The translations under genes were made by a program, and so were the position numbers. The notes under the pieces are model-generated. The model worked only from the letters and a program-made list of their open reading frames with translations. It searched no databases and had not been told where the DNA came from. A DNA stretch of 63,755 nucleotides, counting the filler, from Octopus bimaculoides (Eukaryota), in the NCBI RefSeq assembly GCF_001194135.2. It is 8 parts of 7 records of this genome, joined end to end, with 100 filler letters (N's around TTAATTAATTAA, not from the genome) between each part and the next. Parts side by side here need not be neighbours in the genome. Positions count along the whole stretch, not along the records: positions 17,743 to 30,314 come from NC_068982.1; positions 30,415 to 33,345 come from NC_069006.1; positions 33,446 to 35,941 come from NW_026340419.1; positions 36,042 to 61,665 come from NC_068985.1; 4 more parts are not named here. One strand, written 5' to 3'. This document shows, piece after piece, positions 25,001-37,550 of the stretch (the first letter of the stretch is position 1; every line of letters begins with the position of its first letter).

Positions 25001-26929
25001 TGATCATTAGCGTTTATACACTCACTTGGTTTTTTTTTTAAATGTGAAAGCAGAACTAAACAGTTCCGTTTGGAATTCCACACCGCAGGGTCTTGCTTGG
25101 AGAAATCTGGCAGGTACTAGCAGAAATGAATTAAAGCGAATTCAGTGCTTGGCTCAATATTTAAACCTAAACAATGTACAAAAACTTGATTGCAGTAGGT
25201 TAGAAGCTTCAAAGTGTAATGTCTTATATTCAATACTTTGAGATTTATATTTTGCAGAATTCTGCTCAAGATCAGGTGATTGTGTTGGTTAGACAAACAT
25301 AGATAGCTAAATATTTTCATCAATATTTTGAATTCTACCAATTCATTTGAGTATTTAATTTTCTTCTATCTCTTTTCTCTGTTTAAATGTAGCTGTCAGC
25401 TCAATAAACCGCTTAGTGAGATACTATCAAGTTATTACTATATGACATAGTATGGAAGAATTTGCTTATGAATTTCCCGAAATAATTATATTATTTCCCC
25501 CCAAAAATAAATTGTTAGACATATTCGATATATTAATAAGTAAATTGTGAATAATAAATAAAGCTACACTTGCGATGAGTTTCAGTGAATTTATAAGTTG
25601 GCTAATAATCAACGTGTTTATTACTTTATATAAAGAAAGTAAATAGCTTAATAGCGAGAAACTGGTATCTCAAGAGAATTGAGCAACTAGACGTGGTAAC
25701 ACACGAAACGTAATGTTTTATTGATATGCTTCATTAATATGTTGCTTTTAGCTGTGTATATGAATTACACCCCCCACCCACCCCCCACACACACACAAAC
25801 GCACCAAAGAATGAGTGTGTGTATTTGTGATAGTGAGTCATTCTTTTAGACGTCTCAGTAATTGAACTGCCAGCAGTTTTAATCGGTTTTATAGACTTTA
25901 GTAGATATTTCTCGCTGATACTTATTTTATCGACCTAGTAGTCATTGAATGACTCGGTCTTACATTTTTGGCAGACAGCGATGTAACACGTTACACAGAT
26001 CTGCATTGGCATATATATATATATACATACACACACATATACATACATACATACATATATACATACATACATACATACATATATGTGTTGTGTGTGTGTG
26101 TTTGTACATACATGCATACACATGACGTACTTCTGTTCGTGTTTCTGCGTACCAAGTTTCTCTCAATATTGAAAGGTGGTATTCACAAACAAATGGAAGA
26201 CATCGAGAGCAAGAGGCTGACAAACTTGATATACAACATTTTCGATTTAATGGAGAGTAGAAAAGGGGTTTTTATGATGCCAAACAAGACGAGGCAAAAT
26301 GTTGTTATCGAAAGCGAAAATTATGTAAATACAGTCGATAAAAAGAAGAGAATTAGAGAAAATGAAGGGGAATAAGAAGTATATGTAGGAGATAAAATAG
26401 TGTAGATACTGAAAGCATCCAAAGTGTTGAACGAAAATGGATGTAATAATCAACATGGAGCCCTACCACGGCAAAACTCACCAGAAGGATGCTGACTGTG
26501 ATTCTAGATCTAGTAAAAGATGTAAAATGAGGACGAAAGTAAAGCTGATAAAAAGTAAATGGATCTCGTGGAATGGAGAAAAAAGATAAAGATAAAGACC
26601 AAAGCGACAACAGAAAGAAAGTATCTGTAAATGAAGCATCTAGTGAAGTGCAGCAAATAGAAGTAGCATAAGATATAAAAGAAAAGCTTTCAATACAGGA
26701 TGCATAATGATGCAATTTCTAAGAAAACGCTGAATATAAGCAATGAGAATTTCATAGTAAGGGCTTACAAGCTTCCAACATCCAATAAAGTTATAGATTA
26801 CAAACAAACACAAACACACGGACACACACGCACACAGATGCACATACATGCATTTAGTCAAACGTTTATCTATGTCAATTCCTTACCCAGCGTCTCTATG
26901 CGTATGTTTTCATATATCTTATTTTTCAT

Positions 26930-27130
26930 CTTTTATTTATTTCAGTCAATAGCCTGCGGCAATGCTGGAGCAACGCCTTGAAGGATTTTAATCGAACGAA
27001 TGGACCCCAGTAATTTTTTTCCCTTAAAGCTTGGCGCTTATTCTATCGGTGCCTTTGACCGAACCACTACGTTACGGAGACGGAAAATCTTCAATACTGG
27101 TTGTCAAGCGGTGATGGGGGACATATACAT
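26930..27130 (-). mobile_element. CORE-like SINE 3' half
   Basis: tttcagtc..gcaatgctggagcaacgccttgaagg..gaccccagta..ttctatcggt..gttacggagacg..ggttgtcaagcggtgatggggg. Confidence 0.7.
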
Positions 27131-27191
27131 ACACCAAGCCACACACGCGCGCGCACACACACACATACACTAACAAACACACACACACGCA

Positions 27192-27227
<36 letters not shown>

Positions 27228-27240
27228 TCTTGGTCAGCCT

Positions 27241-27600
27241 TTAACCTCTTCCGCCGGTGTATGGAGTAGCGTGTTTTACGACACTCCATTGGAGGGAGTA
27301 TTGGGTGTTTAATTTTTTCATTTGCCATATGTACTCCATGACGGAAGTCGAATGTATTAATTTTAATTTCTGAATGAGTTTAAGTGTGTGTAGTGTCAGG
27401 GGTTTTTTTAAGGTATTGGCCGTGGTCCCTGTGTATGTCTTTGTTGTTGTAGGGGTGATAATCAAACACCTGTAGAAGAAGCCTTTGACGAGACAATTTC
27501 TGTTCAAAGTGCAATTCAGCGGCATTTTTACAATTACAAGATTTTCTAACAGGGTTAGAATTGTTCGTTTCTGAAGAAGTATTAAAGACAAATGCCGGAA
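27241..27600 (-). mobile_element. Penelope-like GIY-YIG endonuclease fragment
   Basis: RKSCNCKN/NCLVKGFFYRCLIITPTTTKTYTGTTANTLK..TSVMEYIWQMKKLNTQYSLQWSVVKHATPYTGG. Frameshifted. Confidence 0.8.
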
Positions 27601-28599
27601 GAGTTAAGTCCGAGGGAATACTATGTTTGCCGTTGAGTATTTTATGTTGGTCTACAATTTTCTTAATACATACACATACATGCATATATACCCGCACACA
27701 CACGCGCGCATATACATATACATATAAAGCCTCTTCTGCTAAGTTCAATTTAACAACTTTTAATGATTGTCCTAAAATTTATCTGATGATGATAACCAAA
27801 TTATGTCTGAAAAGAAATTATGTCTTTTGAGACTCAAATTGAAAAGTTGTCGGGATCAGTGAAAACGAAATAGCTGCTTCTATCAAATTTCTTTGATAGA
27901 ATTGCGACCTTCATGTCACGAGGTTTCACGTTTTTAAAGCTGAGTTTTTTAATGCTGCAAGTTGTTGAGAGTAGCTCGGTTACAAGATAATGTAACCGAT
28001 GCTCAAATCGTCAGCATAAAATTTACAAAGCGCTTTCCGTTGTTTCGTCTCTGTTCACGGTTTCAATTCGATGATTTACAACTTATTCTGGTGGAGTGAC
28101 TGTAAATGTTGATCTGTGGCAACTTATCTCCCTGGATATCAACTAGTCGTGCTCTGTTGATGTCTCTCTGAGTTCTATTTTTTCTTATATGAAATCCTAA
28201 TTGCTGAGCCAAGTGGGATTCCTTTGTCTAATTTGAATCTTAGGATAGACTCTAACAACCGTTCTTCTTCTGTTTCAATGATATGGCTGAATGACAATTG
28301 AAGTCGGTGTTTTGAATTCACTTTCAAGGAGTTACCTCTTTCATTAGCTGCATGATAACTCACTTTCATCTCAGTGAAACACATCGTATATTGATGATAC
28401 ACCTCGACCATTGAACCTTGGAGTAAAGGTGAAATGTTTGCATGTAAATTTTGCTCTTATTAGCGTGTGGCCTTCGAAGTATTGCAAGCGGCTCTCTTTT
28501 TCTGATAACATTATATCACCGGCAATGCTGATGGTAACATCTAATACGCATATATTGTTTCTCAAAGCATTCACTGTATGACCCCAAGTCTTCAACGAC

Positions 28600-29400
28600 T
28601 CGTTTTTAGCCCATAGTTTCACTATCCTATGTGATCAACTTGCATACTTGCAAGAGTTTGCTCTTAGTTGAAGCCTTTATGATGATCCACAATAGTTGTT
28701 TATGTTGGCTAAAATATAGAAGTAGCTTAAACATAAAATATGTATTCCTTCGACTACTACCAAAATGCTGCTCCCAAGTCTCTTGAAGGTACAGTATAGA
28801 CAACATACAGAATTTGACGAAACTTTGCAATCATATTCATAAAGAATAACTCATACCAGCAGGAGTATCGATGAAGAAGAGTCCTCTTTTTTCCATTTTC
28901 TATAATCTTCAGGATGCAAAAATCAGACCTTCACTCCGTAATTCACCAATCGGGGTAGATATAATGATTGTAATGGTTTCGCATCTTGCAACAACGCCGA
29001 AACCTTCACACACACAACACAAAAGAATTTTGTCTACTTTGATCTATGTGCTATAGGATGAGCAAAATTAGTTAAGGAGAAATACACCTCGAAGTTCTCA
29101 GTTTGGGCCCCCAATTGACTCTATTACAATACTTATAAACAATGTTGTTAAATGTGACGAAAGCGTTCTAGCTGAAATGAACAGTACTTCCGTTCAAAAT
29201 AATACCTACAGTAAACTGCTTTATATTTTCACACAGTATGCGTTTGGGCTGAAAAGTTTATATTTATTGAAACTTTGAAGGCAGATGAAACCGGAATATT
29301 TAAAATTTTGACAATTACTGATAAATAATGTCTGCTTTGAGTTTCCTTCGTATCAAGAAATGAAAGTTGATGTTTCAAAACATGAAAAAGCAAGAACTAC
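28600..29400 (+). mobile_element. Possible very old LINE reverse transcriptase remnant
   Basis: Near 29080-29150, TPRSSQFGPPIDSITILINNV loosely resembles GVPQGSVLGPLLFxIYIND. Many stops. Confidence 0.25.
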
Positions 29401-30282
29401 TCTCAAAAATCAGATGTCCCGATATTGACACCGAAAATTCGAGCAGAAAAATGTTTCCTGCCTTAGCTTTCACTTAAAACGTATATAACATGTCTACAGA
29501 AGAACCGATTTAAAGCCTACTTCGGAGACATAAGCCATGTTTTGCTCGTAAAATGCCGTTAGACTGCAATTGTTTAAGCTGCTTATACGAGTTTGCGTTA
29601 CGTTAAAAGTGTAGATAAGCCATTGCTATATTTTTACCATTTGTCCTCTACGTAAGTTTTCCTTGCATTTTTCATTATCACCTTGACAACTTCCTTTCAT
29701 TATTTTCTGTTTCACTCTTTCAATGTGTTTCTTTATTTCTATCTTTCATTTTCTATCTTACGTAGTCACTCTTTCTATCTTTCTTTTCCCCCCTCAAATA
29801 TTTGACACAAATATGGAAGAACAAATTAAATTTCAATTTTATTTAAAGAAGTGTAGTGGTTTACATTTAACAATAAATGTTACATAATCTGACAATTTTA
29901 TTGCAGAAATTTTGTGTGGTTGTTACAGGTGCACGTTCAGTACTTTCTCAATGAGTGTATATGTGTGTACATGTGAGCGTGAGTGAGTGTGTGTATGCGT
30001 GTGTAAAGTGAGAGTATAAGAATGACGCACGCACAGAGATACATATCTTTGTGCATTTGCACAATAGGAAGTAAAACAATGTGTTATATTACCCATAGTG
30101 CCGAGAATAGTTGGTTTCTACACCGATTGACACGATTCTTTGCGTGATCAGTGATGAATCGTGAAACTTGGAGTAATAAATTCAGCTAAATAACATATAG
30201 TCACAATTTATTACTATACTGAGAACATATTTTTCTTTTGGAATTTCAAGCTTACAAGAATGCACACACACACACACACTCA

Positions 30283-30314
<32 letters not shown>

Positions 30315-30666
30315 NNNNNNNNNNNNNNNNNNNNNNNNNNNNNNNNNNNNNNNNNNNNTTAATTAATTAANNNNNNNNNNNNNNNNNNNNNNNNNNNNNN
30401 NNNNNNNNNNNNNNGTGAATGTATGTATATAATTTGATACCCAGAAGAAACCAGCATGTATGTATGCTAATATGTGTGCATGAATATATGTATGCATATA
30501 TATGCATTGATTTATAGTTAAAGGAGAGACAATTAGTGCATTCACCACATTGTTCTGTTTCTCCAATGTGTTTCTCTGCCATGTGTATATGGCAGTTTCG
30601 TACACCTATATCAATCAAATCGTATCATATTGCTGCTATTATGCAAACACTGTTTGTAGGAGTGTG

Positions 30667-30710
<44 letters not shown>

Positions 30711-30816
30711 NNNNNNNNNNNNNNNNNNNNNNNNNNNNNNNNNNNNNNNNNNNNNNNNNNNNNNNNNNNNNNNNNNNNNNNNNNNNNNNNNNNNNNNNNN
30801 NNNNNNNNNNTCTCGC

Positions 30817-30848
<32 letters not shown>

Positions 30849-31689
30849 CCTCTCTCTCTCATACACACACACACACACACACATACAATCTCCCTCTGCC
30901 TCCCTCCTTCCACCACTCTTTTCCCCTCATCCTGTCTCTCTCACACGCACACATACGCCGATACACACGTACATACGCAGAGAAACACAATTGAAAAGAC
31001 AAACCATAAGACGAAACCAAACAAGCTGGAATATAGAAAATATATAAAAACGCAAAAGGTATTGTCTTAAGAAGGAAACAAGCAAGAAGCAACAACAACA
31101 ACAACGAGAACGAGAACAACAACACCTTCGGTAGTAGATTGGTAAGTAGTCGGTTGTCGTGTATGTGTGTGCTGCATAAATTTACACACATAGGCTGTCA
31201 GAAAGCCGGAAGTACAATCCAAGCGCTTCGCCATTATCACACATTTTGGTTACGTGATCTAGCATCAGATCTGGCACTTAGCAAGAGAAGACAAAGAAAG
31301 ACGAAACACTGTAAAAAGACACGGAATGGTTTTTGAAGCGATTCTTGGCAACGCTTAAAAGTCACGAAACATATTATGTACCAGCCTATGTTCCCAGCTC
31401 TATATTTACCAGTATCTTCTGATTTTTCTGGTTTTGTGTTTCTTCTTGTCTTTCTGTCACTCACCAAACTACCTGTATCTGTCGTGTGTCTTCCTTTAAA
31501 GAAGATCTTCTACATTAACCCCCACCCCTACCTTCACATCAAACATTAGCGCCACTGATAACATCATCATCATCATCAACAACAGCGATAGTAGCACCAA
31601 CACCAACACCGCCACCGCTACCATCTTTCTGTTTAATTTTCCTTTCCATGCATACATACATGCGTATATATGTATGTATGTATAAAAGC

Positions 31690-31755
<66 letters not shown>

Positions 31756-32486
31756 NNNNNNNNNNNNNNNNNNNNNNNNNNNNNNNNNNNNNNNNNNNNN
31801 NNNNNNNNNNNNNNNNNNNNNNNNNNNNNNNNNNNNNNNNNNNNNNNNNNNNNNNNNNNNNNNNNNNNNNNNNNNNNNNNNNNNNNNNNNNNNNNNNNNN
31901 NNNNNNNNNNNNNNNNNNNNNNNNNNNNNNNNNNNNNNNNNNNNNNNNNNNNNNNNNNNNNNNNNNNNNNNNNNNNNNNNNNNNNNNNNNNNNNNNNNNN
32001 NNNNNNNNNNNNNNNNNNNNNNNNNNNNNNNNNNNNNNNNNNNNNNNNNNNNNNNNNNNNNNNNNNNNNNNNNNNNNNNNNNNNNNNNNNNNNNNNNNNN
32101 NNNNNNNNNNNNNNNNNNNNNNNNNNNNNNNNNNNNNNNNNNNNNNNNNNNNNNNNNNNNNNNNNNNNNNNNNNNNNNNNNNNNNNNNNNNNNNNNNNNN
32201 NNNNNNNNNNNNNNNNNNNNNNNNNNNNNNNNNNNNNNNNNNNNNNNNNNNNNNNNNNNNNNNNNNNNNNNNNNNNNNNNNNNNNNNNNNNNNNNNNNNN
32301 NNNNNNNNNNNNNNNNNNNNNNNNNNNNNNNNNNNNNNNNNNNNNNNNNNNNNNNNNNNNNNNNNNNNNNNNNNNNNNNNNNNNNNNNNNNNNNNNNNNN
32401 NNNNNNNNNNNNNNNNNNNNNNNNNNNNNNNNNNNNNNNNNNNNNNNNNNNNNNNNNNNNNNNNNNNNNNNNNNNNNNNNNNNAAC

Positions 32487-32657
32487 AAACGATTACCCTA
32501 CGTACCATGGTTTCACCTGCTCCCTTTTCGGGTGGACATCTTGTGTCTAGTTCTGAAAATTACATTTTATAAACCGACAGACTAGGCTGATGATCCTGCA
32601 GATATTTACTTATGTAAATTTTAACAGATGAAACCATGGTACGTAGGTTAATCGTTT
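32487..32657. repeat. 33-bp inverted repeat pair (32487-32519 / 32625-32657)
   Basis: aaacgattaccctacgtaccatggtttcacctg versus the reverse complement of cagatgaaaccatggtacgtaggttaatcgttt: 2 mismatches. Confidence 0.9.
32581..32647 (+). ncRNA. Type I hammerhead-like motif, partly decayed
   Basis: ACUAGG-CUGAUGA(32587-32593)-UC-CUG..CAG-AU-GAAA(32630-32633)-CCAUGG-U-A-CGUAGG. Palindrome ACCATGGT, GUA triplet, stem I 4/6 paired, base of stem II mismatched. Confidence 0.5.
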
Positions 32658-32792
32658 TTTTATTTAGTATTTTTTCATTTGTCTTGCCCTTTTACAGTCT
32701 GTTGTGTCGCTAAATTTTTGCTGAGAGCATATTTTTCGTGGTTAGATGATTCGGGATCTATTTCTAGCATATAGGAGTCCACTTTTGGATGG

Positions 32793-32894
32793 CCCGAGGC
32801 TATAGTAGAAGACACTCGTAGAAAGTGCCACACAGTCGGACTGAACCCGGAACCATGTGGTTGTGAAGCAAACTTCTTACCACACAGCCACGCC
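32793..32894 (-). mobile_element. CORE-like SINE head fragment
   Basis: ggcgtggctgtgtggtaagaagtttgcttcacaaccacatggttccgggttcagtccg on minus. Confidence 0.75.
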
Positions 32895-33293
32895 TGTATA
32901 TGTACAATGGCGTTGCCCAGTTTGGTCGAATCCTAGGGCTGAAATCAAAAGAATAAGGAACCTATACGCATTCTAGACATTTACATTTTCACAGTAACAA
33001 AAAGGAGATTTACGCATCTTGACAGATTAATAATTCCGCTGAAATAGATTCTTGTAGTACTCACGTGACAGAAAGTAGAGTACCTTTAATTGAATTTGTT
33101 AAACGGTGCATCGAAAAGTAGTTTACAAGATGGCGCTCTAATTCAGAGGTTACGTGGTTACGAACTTGTTGAAAGAAAAATGGGTCTTCGCTCGATTCAG
33201 CACACACATACACGTCTCAATGATGGGCATATATGCATATGTTCGCCTATATATATACAATGTTTATACATCTCTCACTCATTCTTTCTCTCA

Positions 33294-33345
<52 letters not shown>

Positions 33346-33445
33346 NNNNNNNNNNNNNNNNNNNNNNNNNNNNNNNNNNNNNNNNNNNNTTAATTAATTA
33401 ANNNNNNNNNNNNNNNNNNNNNNNNNNNNNNNNNNNNNNNNNNNN

Positions 33446-33506
<61 letters not shown>

Positions 33507-33725
33507 CAACAGGTGAGACATAGCCATTGAAAAAGATAAAGAGAGAGAGAGGTAGGGAGATATAAGTAGACAGAGATAGATAGAAAGATAGATAGAGAGA
33601 GGGTGATAGATAGACAGAGACAGACAGACAGACAGACAGACAGGCAGGCAGGCAGACAGACAGATAGATAGAAAGACAAAGTGNNNNNNNNNNAGATAGA
33701 TAGATAGATAGATAGACAGATAGAC

Positions 33726-33814
<89 letters not shown>

Positions 33815-33997
33815 CATACATACATACATGTTTGATTATGTGCGTGTGTATGTATGCAATGCATATCTGTATTCATCATGTGTGTGTGTGTGTGTGTGTT
33901 TCCGAAGTACAGTTGGAAACAAGCTATGACCGTCCAAGCCATTCAACGTAAATAAAGAATTATTATAAACAAGAACAACAACAATAATAACATTAAC

Positions 33998-34058
<61 letters not shown>
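33446..34058. repeat. Compound microsatellite field (CA)n, (GATA/GACA)n, (AAT)n
   Basis: Direct reading. Confidence 0.95.
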
Positions 34059-34060
<2 letters not shown>

Positions 34061-34378
34061 GAAACTTAATCATGGGCACTGTTAAGATTTAATTGATTTA
34101 ATCTATTCCAGTTGGTCTGTGAGGGCCATGTGTTCACCTCCTCAGCCGCCGCCGACCCACTACCGGGGTGGTGCCATATTGTAATATCCTGCTCACACAC
34201 GCACGCACGCGCGCTTGTGAGCGAGCGTGTGTGTGTGTGTGTATGTTTATAATATTATGTTATAGCATGTAGTTTTGTGAATAGATGCTTTCTTTTCTTA
34301 TAATTATTATTATTATTTGCTTTTTTTTCTCTCTCTCTCTATCTATTTAACGACCTAGATATAAACAGACAGACAGAC

Positions 34379-34423
<45 letters not shown>

Positions 34424-34593
34424 AATCTATCTAACGATATAGACACACACATATATATATACGTGTGTGTGTGGATAGATAGATAGATAGATAGATAGAT
34501 CAGTATATATATGTATATATGTATGTATAATAGTATCGATATAAATCTATATATAAATGTATATATGTACTCTATATATATGTATACACTATA

Positions 34594-34624
<31 letters not shown>

Positions 34625-34819
34625 GACACACACATATATAATACACACACACACACTATATATATATATATATATAGCTACGATGTATGTCCTATATATG
34701 TATATGATATATACATACATTACATGCATAGTGTATATACTATATATGCATATACGTACACACACACACTCACACACATGTATATATACATACTATGTAT
34801 GTGTGTATGTGTGTACATA

Positions 34820-35080
34820 TAAAGCCTTGTGAGTGGATTTGGTAGACGGAAACTGAAAGAAGCCCGTCGTTTATATGTATATATATGTGTGTGTGTGTTT
34901 GTCCCCCCAACATCGTTTGACAACCGATGCTGTTGTGTTTACGTCCCCGTCACTTAGCGGTTTGGCAAAAGAGACCGATAGAATAAGTACTGGGCTTACA
35001 AAGAATAAGTCCTTGGGTCGATTTGCTCGACTAAAGGCGGTGCTCCAGCATGACCGCAGCCAAATGACTGAAACAAGTAA
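34820..35080 (+). mobile_element. CORE-like SINE, 5'-truncated, well preserved
   Basis: aaagccttgtgagtggatttggtagacggaaactgaaagaagcccgtcg ... ggcggtgctccagcatgaccgcagccaaatgactgaaacaagtaaaagag. Confidence 0.85.
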
Positions 35081-35234
35081 AAGAGGAACAGAGGGAGTGG
35101 GGAGAGAAAAAGAGAGAGAGAGAGAGATGCTTGTATGTTTTGGCAACTGAAATATCTAATCAATTTTGGTTCTGAAATCTTGAAATTACATGCAGTTAGA
35201 ATGAAGAAATTGCTTTTCTAACAATATTGTTGTT

Positions 35235-35618
35235 GGCACTCCGTCGCTTACGACGTCGAGGGTTCCAGTTGATCCGATCACACGGAACAGCCTGCTCGTG
35301 AAATTAACGTGCAATTGGCTGAGCACTCCACATACACGTGTACCCTTAACGTAGTTCTCGGGGGGGATATTCAGCGTGACACAGTGTGTGACAAGGCTGA
35401 CCCCTTTGAATTACAGGCACAACAGAAACAGGACCTAACGAGGGAGAGAAAGTTTTGGTGAAAGAGTACAGCAGGGTCCGCCACCATCCCCTGCCGGAGC
35501 CTCGTGGAGCTTTTAGGTGTTTTTCGCTCAATAAACACTCACAACGCCCGGTCTGGGAATCGAAACCGCGATCCTATGACCGCGAGTCCGCTGCCCTAAC
35601 CACTGGGCCCATTGCGCC
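35235..35618 (-). mobile_element. tRNA-derived SINE, well preserved
   Basis: Minus-strand head ggcgcaatgggcccagtggttagggcagcggactcgcggtcataggatcgcggtttcgattcccagacc with A/B boxes. Body homologous to 3925-4110. Confidence 0.8.
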
Positions 35619-36041
35619 TCCACTTTCTTACAATAACGACGCATTCATTCCACACAGATTTACTTTTCTTCAACCGTACGCTAAAATCGTATTTAGTCAC
35701 AAAATACTTCTTATATGTAAACGCATTAAATTTCTAATAGCGTATGCCGTTACAAATTTTCTGCTGTTTATTTGATATGTGTATCCTGTCCAATAATCTT
35801 AAAAGCTCTGTACGTATACTTCCGTATGCGTGTGTCTTCGTACGTATATCTCTGGGCACGTGTACCATTTCTTATTTTCTATCGTCTGTCAATGAAGTTA
35901 AGTTTCGTTTCTGTGTTAATGTAATGCAGTCCCACCGCGTGNNNNNNNNNNNNNNNNNNNNNNNNNNNNNNNNNNNNNNNNNNNNTTAATTAATTAANNN
36001 NNNNNNNNNNNNNNNNNNNNNNNNNNNNNNNNNNNNNNNNN

Positions 36042-36313
36042 CTTACATATACGGACGTATACATACATATATATGCACGTATGCACACGACTAGCTTAAA
36101 TAGCCCGCCTAAACAACCTTTCGTGTGATCCGGACAGAATATCAGCGCAGTAAATACACTGATAAAATTATATTTATATAAATATAATTTTATCAGTGTA
36201 TTTACTGCGCTGATATTCTGTCCGGATCACACGAAAGGTTGTTTAGGCGGGCTATTTAAGCTAGTCGTGTGCATACGTGCATATATATGTATGTATACGT
36301 CCGTATATGTAAG
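36042..36313. repeat. Perfect 272-bp palindrome with no spacer (centre 36177/36178)
   Basis: 36042-36177 is the exact reverse complement of 36178-36313. Starts at the first base after an N-gap. Confidence 0.95.
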
Positions 36314-36357
36314 TATACTGTTTGTATACATATATTTGTATTTATGTACTGGAGTAT

Positions 36358-36419
36358 ATTTCACTGATGAAGGCAGAGCATTATTATTTATGCAAAGCCA
36401 GAAATCCAGGATTTGGAAT
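36358..36419 (+). ncRNA. Type I hammerhead ribozyme-like motif, near intact
   Basis: AUUUCA-CUGAUGA(36364-36370)-A-GGC-aga-GCAU-loop-AUGC-aaa-GCC-A-GAAA(36401-36404)-UCC-A-GGA-U-U-UGGAAU. 6-bp stem I, quasi-palindromic stem III, AUU triplet, A.A mismatch at the base of stem II. Confidence 0.55.
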
Positions 36420-36652
36420 TACCTTTATTTTTACTGGTTTATTTTGGTCTTCGTCTTCGCTAATCGTGCCATGCGGACATTTATTGTGGTTTTAGAGTCA
36501 GGATTTGACTGCTATTTTTTCAGCGTGGTGGTATCTCTTGATACCCTGTATTATAATTTTAAATAATTATTACCTTTGATGGTTTTTATTCCCATGCTGA
36601 CCACTTGATAAGATCAATATTTTAAATATCGATCTTATCCTTATTTATATAA

Positions 36653-36685
<33 letters not shown>

Positions 36686-37144
36686 AAAAGCTTCTTTTCA
36701 GTTTTCACCTACCAAATCCACTCACAAAGCTTTGGTCGGTCTGAAGCTATAATAGAAGACACTTTCCTAAAGTGCCATGTAGTGGGACTGAACCTAGTAC
36801 CATGTGACTGGGAAGCAAGCTTCTTACCACACAGCCATGCCTTCAGGTGTACTGCAGCTGAAACAAAATGACACATACACCAACTGTCTACACAACAAGC
36901 ATCTAAAAGTCATTATAATAAATCTAAAAGTCATTTTAATATGTAATGAATTATATTGTGGTTCCAGACAAATGTATGTGCTGCTATAGAGTGAATAAAA
37001 GCATAAAGATGTAGCATTGATGTATATTACATGAAAGTTAAACTATAACATCCTTTTATGGTACAGCTGGACTGAACCCAGGCCTTGATGGTAATGTAGC
37101 AAAACTTTTAAATTTTCAGCAATGCCAATCCTATATTACTGGTA

Positions 37145-37550
37145 TCTTTTATCTTTTACTTGTTTCAGCCATAACACTGTGGCCATGCTGGGACACCACC
37201 TTGAAGAATCTTTAGTTGAATGAATCTACTCCAGTACTTTGTTTTTTCCTTTTGTTAAGCATGGTACTTATTCTATCGGTCTCATTTTGCTGAACTGCTA
37301 AGTTATGGCAATGTAAACACACCAACCAGTGATTGGGGACAAACACTGGCACAAGACAGAAGCACACACAAACATATGTGTGTATATATGTGTGTGTGTA
37401 TGTATATATATATATAATGGGCTTCTTTCAGTTTCCATCTACCAAATCCATTCACAAGGCTTTGGGTGGCCCAAGGTGCCATGCAGTGGAACTGAACCCA
37501 GAACCATGTGATTGGGAAGCAAGCTTCTTACCACACAGCCACACCTGTGC
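37145..37550 (-). mobile_element. CORE-like SINE, near full length (a head-only copy also lies at 36688-36842)
   Basis: Head caggtgtggctgtgtggtaagaagcttgcttcccaatcacatggttctgggttcagttccactgcatggcacc on minus, with conserved 3' blocks. Confidence 0.8.

Noticed and set aside
26130-26700. Purine-rich stretch with a 135-aa ORF
   Set aside because: The first half of the ORF is microsatellite. The remainder has no recognisable family motif and nearby frames are full of stops.
35548-35618. Functional tRNA gene
   Set aside because: It is a tRNA-like head fused to a repeated SINE body. The same applies to 4181-4250.
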